From Wallemia ichthyophaga EXF-994 (Eukaryota > Fungi > Basidiomycota): 32,000 nt of DNA. The position numbers and the translations under genes were made by a program. The stretch lies in the NCBI RefSeq assembly GCF_000400465.1, contig NW_008806284.1, forward strand, positions 210,001 through 242,000, written 5' to 3'. Shown piece by piece: positions 22,183 through 32,000 of the stretch (position 1 is the stretch's first letter; the number at the start of each line of letters is the position of its first letter). Below the pieces are notes generated by a model. That model had not been told where the DNA came from. It made no database searches and was given only the letters and a program-made list of their open reading frames with translations.

Positions 22183-22959
22183 CTACATGTGATGCCTCGA
22201 TGATATAATTCCCATCGTAGGCTTAGCGTCCTGTCCGACGACTTGAGCATTTCCGTCAAAGACAGGTTTCGCTGGGTAAAGAAGCAACGATCTGCTGCTC
22301 AGCGGCCTCGTCGCGTAGGCCAAGATGCCCTTTGCTATGTGATCCGTCGAACGCTTTGCCTGTGTGAGTGTGAGTGTTAGTGTGATTGTGAGTGTGAGGA
22401 TAACAATCCAATGACGTACGCTGTACCAATACATTAGCGGTATATCGGCATTATACGCCATCAACCATCTTTTCGCCTCTACAGGATTCATCTGATGCTG
22501 GAGATGCAAATCGCCTGTGCGCATGTCAGCGACGCGTACATACACCCCAACACACCACGCACTCTTCGACAAGACGACGTACACGAGATTCCTGGCAATC
22601 AAGTATTGCGGTATATTCTTCATTTGCGTCGTAAAGTCTTCCATATGCTCCAAGCAGCTCACAACTATCACGAATAACTTGTGGTGTGGATGCTCGAAGT
22701 AGTGCTGATTAGAAATTGGGTCGCTGAGTTGGCTGCATCTTGTGAGCTCTGATTTCACATCTGTCTCCCTCATCACCCTCACATTCTCAGCCTCTGCTTA
22801 TCCCCCGCTAAATCTGCCACCCTCTTAGCAAGCTCTATCTTCCCAGAGAGTGATGATCCCGTTATCTGGATTACGCGTTAGATTTGATGGGCTGTGTTAA
22901 TATTTAATCACCATCAATTTGCAGTTCGGTAGCTGCTCCGCTTTTGTCACGTCCGCCAT
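22183..22959 (-). CDS. Orphan small-GTPase-fold protein (pseudo-GTPase, CENP-M-like candidate), 5 exons, 192 aa
   Basis: Exons 22959-22912, 22865-22783, 22738-22563, 22514-22420, 22359-22183 with 46/44/48/60-bp GT-AG introns. Degenerate G1 (GSSLSGKI), G4 (VVLSKSDL) and G5 (YSAK). Confidence 0.6.
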
Positions 22960-23124
22960 ATCGTTGAGAGTAATTAACGCGTTAGCTTGCCTATAAGTTG
23001 CATACAAAAATTATACACGCTTGAACATCTATCTATTGCTCCCATAATACATTTATTAAATCCCTTCAATGTCTATATGCGCTGCGTAGACTTAACTCGA
23101 AACTATTAATAAACATTCCTAGTC

Positions 23125-25664
23125 CTAAATCTCACTCAGACTAGCTTTGATTGCCTCTTCTAGCTGCGCCTCGAAATTCTGATCCACGTTTTCGGCTACC
23201 TGTGAGTAGCTCGGAGGTTCGGGATTCTCTTCCTCTATCGCCTCTTCTTGAGGTGCGACTGGCGCATACTCACTCCTCTTGCCCTCCTTCTTGGTCAGGT
23301 TGTTCGTATCACTATCGCCTTCTAGATTTATAGCATCTTCAATGTGCTGCTTTGAGGATCCTTCGATTGGCTCATAGGGAAAGTCACCCTCATACTGCTT
23401 TTCGAGATCCTCGCTTTTCTTTATTTCATCCAATATCGCTTCCATTTCGCTTTCTTCTCGCATCTTCTTTTGATTCTCTTCCTCTTCTTGGCTGATCATC
23501 ATAATGTCTGTCGCGGGATTAGTGCGATGGAACGTAATGTGAGTAACTCACACTCTAAGGTCTCCGATTCATCTAGTCCTAAATTCTCCAAGCGGCCAAG
23601 AGTCTTCATCATATTCTGCTTTCTATCCGCTTCACTCTCGGAAACATCGTCGGTTTCGTCTTGCATCACAAGTGACTCTCTTATCTCATCCCGCACATCT
23701 GACGAGTCTGTCAATGGTTAGTCTTTTGGTGATACTCGAGAAGCAACAGCTACAGTCACGGCAATACTCACACTGATTCTTCTGCGCAACTCCCTTATTC
23801 GAGCCTCTCCATCCTTTACCTCTAGTTTTAAAATCTTTTATACCCCCAGCTTTCCATGCAATTACTTTGTTGCCGATAGCAGCGACGACAGCAAATTCAT
23901 CCGCTACTATTCCGCTGACAGCAAACGCGTTCTCGTCTTCCGTCGATGCCTCATTTGTGGCCAGATACCGAGAGAGATGACGAGTCGATGATGTTTGATT
24001 GAATGATCTTATGGCATCACCGGTGAGTGGATCGTGCGCAATGAGCACTCCATCTGCAGCACCAGTCAGTAGAAGTAGAGGCGTGAGAGAGATGGTGGTT
24101 ATCTTTGAGTGGTGTCCGCCAAATATTCTCAACGGCTCTATCACCTGATCCGACCTCGCATCCCAATCCCATACACACGTCCTTCCGCTAGAGTCACCAG
24201 CTACGACTGCCCTTCTATGTTTTAATATCTGATCTTTTGTGTTAAATGAGGAGCCAATGTTGAGTGCATCAGAGAAATTGTTGGTGGAAGACGCACTTCT
24301 ACTCAATATCGGAGTTGAAAGTGGCGAGCACTTGCTGAGATCGTTGTTCAAATAGAAAGATGTGAGTTCGGATATTGGACCAAGCCCAAAGATTCTCTTC
24401 TTTTTAGTCTCAATGTCATGCCTCTCGAAGAAGGTCTCTGGCTTGCGATATATCAGAACGCTCACGTCGTTAGGACCTTGAGTGTCTAGTAGAAGTTTTG
24501 AGATTGGTAAGTATTTAGTGAAGCTTCCAAGAGAAGTATAAGCTACACGGTGTTCTTCTATTGTGTCTCTGGGGTTTTCTTCACTGATACATGCCTCAAT
24601 TGGCATATTACTCCATACTCTGACTGTTCCACTCTCATATCCAGCAGCGATAGAACAACTCGTGCTATCGTAAGCTACTTGTGTTACTGAATCTACGTGC
24701 GCCAACTCCTCTCCTTTGGAGTTGAGTAGCTTTTTGACGTCTGAGCTCCATATACAACGCAGCTCAGGCTCATTCGACCACAACTTAACGACGCCATCCA
24801 TGCTGCCGCTGACGAAAGAGGGCGCAGCCCAAGCGCTCTTTGAGAGAGTCGTTGATGGATGAGAAAGACAAGTGACAGGTCCATAGTGAAAATCACGGCT
24901 AATGTTTTGATGTGTTGCTAATCCGCTGCCTCGCACACCCCACGCAGATGCAGCTCCAGAGCCGTGCTGCAAAGCACTTTTAGCGATCTGGGTGAAACCG
25001 ACAAAACCAGAAGCAAAGCCCCAAATGACTCTGCCATCACTGGACAGCTCTACAGTAGAGGCATCGTTGGGGGCCATTCCTGGTGCAAGAATGTAGCCTT
25101 TGGCTAGCTTACCACTGAAAGGCTCCGATCTACTCAAGCAGGCGTGCATGAGGGATACGGAGATGAGTCTTCGCGGGGTGAGTTCCGGGTTTGTAATGGT
25201 GGACAAATCGAGAGATATCTGGTGTATAGTAGCGACTCTGGGGTTGTGAGTGATAAGCGGGGCCTTCGATTTCTTCCAGCGACGGATGTAGATGGACCGC
25301 CTAACGAATTCCTCTTTCCATGAGCTGAATCTGCCCGAGATTCTCGAAGCGATGATAGAAGTGAACTTTGAGTTCTCCTCTGAAGGTTGTATGCCTAGAA
25401 AAGAGAAGGCAAAGGCACGGCGCCAAGCAGCGTCATCGGTAGCAGTGTGATGGAGGGACTTGTTCGTAAGAGAAACAGCGATAAGGGAGCCAGGATCGAG
25501 ATAGGTGAGGATATGGAGGACAAGATCGTGTGGGAGATGGAACAGGAGAGAAGGGAGATGTGTGTCGTCGTCCTCGTCGTCGGTGGCTGATTGGGGGATT
25601 AAGTCATAGCCAGACAGAGCCAGCCGAACTCACAATTAGAATGAGAATAGAGGTTATTTGACAT
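23125..25664 (-). CDS. F-box/WD40 protein with C-terminal UIM-like helices, 4 exons
   Basis: ATG at 25664, intron 25633-25587. F-box LFHLPHDLVLHILTYLDPGSLIAVS; WD repeats (SGSMDGVVKLW, AGDSSGRTCVWDW, GHHSKITT, TGAADG); C-terminal LDESETLEYIMMISQEE and FEAQLEEAIKASL. Confidence 0.8.
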
Positions 25665-25740
25665 TTAAATCAAATTAAATAATTATTTAAATTAAATCAA
25701 GATGATCGTTATCAACTAACACCCAAGTCGTCGGTGTGAG

Positions 25741-28700
25741 ATGGCAGCCCCTGCGCTCCAAAACTACCAGATTGGCGATTGCTTGGGGAAGGGGGCATTT
25801 GGCAGCGTCTACAGGGCTCTCAATTGGACCACTGGAGAAACGGTGGCTGTCAAGCAGATCCAGCTGAGTGACATTCCCCATTCCCAGTTGGGCGAGATTA
25901 TGGTGGGTATATAACGATTTCTTGGGTCAAGCTAACTCGGTAATAGTCGGAGATAGATCTCCTCAAGAATCTCCATGTGAGTTGTTGTCTACTGCGTACA
26001 CCACCACTCATCTCCCAAGCATCCACGCATAGTGCGCTATGGCGGTTTCGTAAAGACGAAAGATGCTCTGTTTGTTATCCTTGAGTGGGTTTTGTTGGTT
26101 TTGTTGGTTTTGGTGATGCAATCATCTAATCTGCTCCAGGTACTGCGAGAACGGTTCCCTGGCTTCGATCTGCAAGCGTTTCGGTAAATTCCCCGAGGCG
26201 CTGGTGGCCGTTTACATATCACAAGTCCTCGAAGGTCTCCAATACCTCCACGATCAGGGTGTATGTCATCGTGATATCAAGGCTGCCAATATCCTCGCAA
26301 TCAAGGACGGTAAAGTCAAACTCGCGGATTTCGGTGTAGCTACACAAGCACACCTAGCAGATAACTCTGTAGTTGGTAGCCCCTTCTGGATGGCTCCGGA
26401 GGTCATTGAACAGTCCGGAGCGAGCACTGCATCCGATATTTGGAGCGTAGGCTGTGTCGTGATTGAGCTGCTAGAGGGGCGCCCACCATACTCACATCTT
26501 CCTCAAATGAGCGCACTCTGGGCTATCGTTCAACACGACCAAATGCCAATCCCAGAGGGTTCCTCACCCGTTGTCAAAGATTTCCTCCTCCATTGTTTTC
26601 AAAAAGATCCTAATTTGCGTGTCTCAGCTAAGAAACTACTCAAGCATCCTTGGATCCGCCAAATTAACTCGCCAGACAAAAGTAATACCAAGTTTACCCA
26701 ACTTTATAGAAGAAATACCCCAACTGAGGACCACGAAACTTACGACAACGCCGTACAGAAGGTGCAAGAGTGGAATGAGGCTTTAAAATCCCCGCCTAAA
26801 AGCTCAAAGACTAAGTCGCTCTTCCCTGCTCGTGATAGCAAGTCTACTTTCTCTCCGCTACGAAGATCGTCTCTTAACAATGATAGTCCCAACCCCGCTA
26901 CGGTATCAAATCAACCGCCTGCGAAACCATTCACGGTTAGGAATGACAATAGAGAGAATGTCCTCAGTAAAACGCAGGAGGATGAGGAAGACAATTGGGA
27001 TGCAGACTTTGCTGGCACAATCTCCTTTTCGAAAGCACAGGATGCAATTTCAGGTGACACTGGCAAATCAGACGATAATACCCAAACTATAAAACCAAAC
27101 TCGAGGAAAGCCAGCGAGGATCACAGCATAACGTCACGTATACCTAATAAGATAATTGAAGATTACTCTGACCTCGGCGGAGATGAAGATGACATTGTAC
27201 TCAGCGAGAAGATATCAAGTTTGAGGTTGAAGGGTGGCCTCTTCCATCCAAAGGACCTAGGCAGGCTGAGAGAAGAGCCATCACCACCATTGCAATCGTC
27301 GTTTAACATACCACAGAAGAAGCCATCTCTACCAAAACGCCCCTCTCCTCCAACATCGCTGCGTTCTCACAGCAGATCACGCTCAAGTATATCCTCCTTG
27401 CCAGCGCCATCGACAGAGCAAACAAGGAAAACGAGCGATCTGGCAAAGTATTCTGAAGTTGACGACGAAGACTTTGACGATGTTTTTGGTAAAGCGCCGC
27501 CATCAGTGTCAGGTGAAAGTGGGCAAACGCTACAACTGACGACCAAGTTGTCTAATAAATCGTGGCTCGGTGACGACGTAGCCGATGATGAGGATCCATT
27601 TGCACAAATTGAGGATGACTTTGCCGAGAACGATATTGAGTCAAACTTGGTCAGAGATAGACATGCAAGGTTATGTGCTATGGTCGCTGAATTAGTCGAT
27701 CAATTAGAGGCTGGTAAGTCTGAAGAGAAGCTGAATGAAATGCTTGACGAGTTGTTGCACATACTCGAAGAGTTCCCGGATATGTATATGCAATTTGTTG
27801 CAGCCAGGGGCATGCTTTCATCACTCGAGGTTCTAGAAAGTAAACCCAGCAAAGATGTAATTTACAAGCTGCTGAGGATAATAAATCTCATTGTCTCGGT
27901 CGATCCTGGTCTTGTTGAGTCATTCTGCCTCGTCGGGGGTATAGCGGTGGTGATGACTTATGCGAGCAAACGTTATTCGCATGAACTTCGGCTGGAGGCT
28001 GCGTCGTTTGTAGGCCATGTTACCCACACGAGCGTCTTGACGCTGCAGATGTTTATAGCGTGTCGAGGGTTTAGAGTCCTTGTCGATCTGCTGGATGAGG
28101 AAGCGCAGGAGCTGGTATACGAGGCAGTCTCAGCAATCTCTAGTGTATTCGAATCACATTCCCTTACTACAAAAACGGACTTTTGTAGGATATTTGCTAA
28201 GGAAGGTCTTCTAGAGCCACTTTCTAGTGCTCTTACTACGGCACTTAGGGAGACATCTGATGAAGGTGCGCAAGTGAGGGACATCTCAAGCAAGATCTAC
28301 TTGCTGTTTGCGCAAGTGGGACAGAACGACAACGTGGTCTTGAATGCGTTGGGCACACGCAGCATTCTAAGACGCCTTCTAAAGGCGTGTGAGAGTTTAT
28401 GTGACAAGGACAAGATGTCATCCCTGCTGATCACGCTGTTAAAGACGTTCAAGCATATATCGACATCGGCGGGAATGTTGGATGTGCTGCAAAACAGCAA
28501 CGCAATTGAAGTATTTGTCAGAGTGCTCGACAAGCGTAAGGAGGGAGAGCGGAGTAGTGAAATTTCGTCGCAAGTGCTGCAGATATTCTACTCACTTACA
28601 CGACTTTCACCAAGCAGACAAGAAGAGGCGGCACAGGCGGGATTGATACCACTGTTGAAGAGAGTTTTTGAAGTTTCATCGCCGCTGAAGCAATTTGCAT

Positions 28701-29385
28701 TGCCAATACTATGTGACTTTGCGCATGCTGGGAAGAGCTGCCGAGCGCTGCTTTGGAAACACAACTGCTTGGATCTCTACATTCTACTATTGCAAGATGC
28801 ATACTTCCAAGTTTCGGCGTTGGAGGCAATACTCATCTGGCTGCAGAATGAGACTGATAGAGTGGAGGGTCAGTTGCTTCAGCCAAGACCACTGGAAAGT
28901 CTGTTGACTATGTTCGTACAAGCCAAGGCCAACTCGTTCGAAGCAAGTCTGGAACCGATACTGAAAATGTGCAGGATCAGCAGGGGATTGGTTCTGGGAG
29001 TTGCGAAAGCAAGCTTCTTTAGGAAGCTCATTGATAAGCTCTCGCACACGAAAGCGCTCGTCCGGCTAAACTTGCTCCGTATACTGAGGCTGGTGCTGGA
29101 GGTGCATCCCAACTGTAAGAGTATTGTAGAGGAATATAGATTGATAGAGGTAGGTGACGTAAATCTCGGTTACATTAACTCACAAAATTGCAGGTGATAA
29201 GCGAGCTTGGAGTGAAGGATAGTGCGATACTGGTTAGGGAGTTGAGTAAGGAAATATCGAATGAATTGAAGGCTGGAAAATACACAAGCCTGGCAAGGGA
29301 GCGAAGATCGACATCGGACAACGGCGTTCTGGGAGCGAGCCGCGCGTACAGGCCGCACAGGAGGATACCGTCACGAGGATTTTGA
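25741..29385 (+). CDS. sepH: Septation/mitotic-exit STE kinase Cdc15/Cdc7(Sp)/SepH
   Basis: NYQIGDCLGKGAFGSVYRALNWTTGETVAVKQI, HRDIKAANIL, DFG, VVGSPFWMAPEVIE, followed by DNWDADF and a long ARM-like C-terminus; four introns. Confidence 0.9.
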
Positions 29386-30368
29386 GACATAGATGCATGA
29401 GCGGAGATACTAAAATTAATTGTGCGTTTAGGTGTGCATTTTGTGTGCAATTAGAGGTTAATGTGTGAATATAAAGAAAAATCTAATAATAAATTTGCAT
29501 TTCGTGCGTAGAAGGACAGAAGCCGAGATAAGGGCTAAGCTAAGACAAGGGGAAGGAGTGAAAGAATAGAGCTTGACAGACCAATAAACTACAGACACAG
29601 AAAGTAGGTAGACTAATAGCAATTTAACTATTATCAATAATTTGCGGGGTCTCGGCAACAAAATCGCTTACAAGTGAGGGGCAACAAGTGAGATACCGCA
29701 TTTGAAAGGAATAGCGGGTGAGTGTAAAAAGGGTGAAAGGAATTCAAGTGTTTAGCCCGCTAGAAGGCGGACTGTGCACGATGTAACACGTCGCATGATC
29801 CCCGCTGGTCGATCACACTGTACCAATTGCGGGGATGAGCCGCAAAAAGAAGTGACGATAGAGGATGGCGACAAGAATGTCAAGTAGAATCAGTGTGACA
29901 AGTGCTGCGCAAGGAATGTTGGGCGTAGATGAGATTTGTAGTGTGCCTGGCAAAAACTTCAGGGGCTTCTTGAGACCGGCAGAAGATCCGAGAGCGCCTA
30001 GAAATGAGGAGGAGGCGGGAGCAATTAAGTAAAGTAGTGGGATGGAAAACTAGAATGACACTGCAACTATTTTTAAGCACTTAAAAGTGATTACGTGCGT
30101 AAAGTCACCAATACGTCAGCCAATCAGGGGCCACGAAAAAGGGAGACAGAAGAAGAGCAATAGGCAATGTATATGAAAACAGACGCGTAAAATATTATTA
30201 AAATTAACATAATAAATCCGGTAAATTTTGATTTTTTTTTAAATCCCCAACAATTAAATTGCGGCGAGGAGAAATCTTTTTCTTCAACTTCCACATTGAA
30301 ATAAAAAGTCCAGCCACCCTTTCACTTTAAACACATTTAAAAGCTCAAGCAGGGCAATTAAAATAAAG

Positions 30369-32000
30369 ATGTCTACCCATGATGAAAAACCAGTAAGAGA
30401 GGGTGAAATTCCTTCAAAGGAGCAAGTGCCTCAAGAGGATGATGAATCACCTGGAGCTGAGTACTCGGCTTTGGTCAACTACATTCAAAATGTTGAACTT
30501 AGAAAGGGTGATGACGAAGCCCAAGAGGAAGACGACGTTACTTACAAACGCGTAAGTTTTTTAGGTTTCACCTAAATGGTATTTTTAACACGCGTTTAGA
30601 AATGGTATGCGCCTTGGAAAAAAGTTGAAATTAGACAACAAGGCGCAACTGTTCCTCCCGATTGGCTTACTGCCACTCACGCTTCAGGTGGTTTAAAGTC
30701 ATCCGACGTTGAACCACGCCGTAAGCGCTTTGGTTTCAACGAATTAGAATCTCCAGAAGAGAATCACTTCCTCAAATTCCTTGGTTTCTTCAGAGGCCCT
30801 GTTCTCTACGTTATGGAAGGTGCCGTCGCTCTTGCGGGTGGTCTTCGTGAATGGGTCGATTTCGGTGTCATTATTGGTATTCTTCTCCTCAACGCTTTCG
30901 TCGGTTTCTATCAAGAAAAACAAGCTGGTGATATTGTGGCCCAACTTAAAGCTGGTATCGCTCTGCGTACTACCGTTGTCCGCGACGGTCAAGAGACTGA
31001 AGTCGAAGCACGCGAACTTGTTGTTGGTGATATCGTCGTTATTGAAGAAGGTGCGACAATTCCAGGTGATTGTGAACTTCTTGCGGACTACAAGGATAAG
31101 GATGGCTCAAAAGCTGCCGACATCCTTCAAAAAGTCAAGGAAGACGCAAAGAGAGAAAAAACTGACGACGACGAAGAAAAGTTCGGCAAAGGTCCATCAA
31201 TTTTGGCCGCTGATCAATCCGCTATTACTGGTGAATCCTTAGCTGTTGACAAGTATGTTGGTGACATTGCTTTCTACACCACCATCTGTAAGCGTGGTAA
31301 GGTTTATGCACGTGTCAAGATGAGTGCACCAATCTCTTTCGTCGGTAAAACTGCTGCCCTTGTTTTAGGCTCGAACGACAAGGGTCACTTCGTTAAGGTC
31401 ATGAACATTATCGGTGGTACTCTCTTGGTTCTTGTCATTGTCTTCTTGTTCGCTGTCTGGATTGGTGGTTTCTTCCGTAACGTAGAGATCGCCCAACCAA
31501 GAGACAATAACTTACTTGTCTACACTCTTATCTTCGCTGTCATTGGTGTCCCAGTTGGTCTTCCAGTTGTTACCACCACTACTCTCGCCGTCGGAGCTGC
31601 TTATCTGGCTAAGCAACAGGCCATCGTTCAACAACTCACCTCCATCGAGTCTCTCGCCGGTTGTGATATTCTCTGTTCCGATAAGACTGGTACCCTTACA
31701 GCCAACAAACTTTCTATTCACGAACCATACACGGCTGAAGGTGTCGACATGGACTGGATGATGTGTGTTGCTGCTCTTGCCTCATCGCACAACGTCAAGT
31801 CTTTGGACCCTATCGACAAGATCACCATTTCTACCCTTAAGGAATACCCTCGCGCCACCGAAATGCTTAAGACTGGATGGATCACCAAGGACTTTAGACC
31901 TTTCGACCCAGTGTCCAAGCGTATTACTTCAATTGTTGAGCGCGACGGTGTTACCTACACTTGTGCCAAGGGTGCTCCAAACTCTATTCTCAAGATGTGC
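30369..32000 (+). CDS. PMA1: Plasma-membrane H+-ATPase (P-type IIIA), truncated by window end
   Basis: Exon 30369-30551, intron 30552-30599, then an open frame with FGFNELES, YVME, GFYQEKQAG, DQSAITGES, IGVPVGLPVV and CSDKTGTLT. Confidence 0.95.

Noticed and set aside
22360-22419. CACACT-type and GTTTTGTTG (around 26085-26115) short tandem repeats
   Set aside because: They are simple intronic microsatellites with no further structure; no CRISPR-like array, tRNA or rRNA gene was recognised anywhere in the window.
22183-29385. Pseudo-GTPase as a Tem1/Spg1 partner clustered with the Cdc15/SepH kinase
   Set aside because: The protein lacks the switch I and WDLGG G3 motifs characteristic of Tem1/Spg1; proximity alone is not evidence.
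4610-32000. ENA, CreA and PMA1 as a functional ion-homeostasis gene cluster
   Set aside because: They are separated by many unrelated housekeeping genes; linkage is unremarkable at this gene density.

Overview
Eukaryotic (fungal) genomic DNA, extremely gene-dense. I can model 18 protein-coding genes with short (~43-67 bp) GT-AG introns and intergenic gaps often only 20-90 bp. The proteins look basidiomycete, and the compaction suggests a Wallemia-like genome (inference; no species call). Gene order: VPS17 (partial), PNPOx-like, ORM1, ENA-type Na+/K+ P-type ATPase, Kre9/Knh1-like GPI protein, METTL16, RBG1/DRG, CreA/Mig1, CBP20, RRM-like hypothetical, NOP9, VPS55, RTF1, PEX7, an orphan Rab-like pseudo-GTPase, F-box/WD40/UIM protein, Cdc15/SepH kinase, PMA1 (partial). 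Two observations stand out. (1) The ENA salt pump lies between two direct repeats with a 391-bp identical core (4684-bp unit), and its promoter carries an older ~562-bp duplication. This fits an amplification/excision cassette or a collapsed tandem array. (2) A five-exon gene that the ORF track misses reconstructs to a 192-aa small-GTPase-fold protein with G1/G4/G5 remnants but no switch/G3 region, the architecture of the kinetochore pseudo-GTPase CENP-M. All alignments and gene models were made by eye; no database searches were run.
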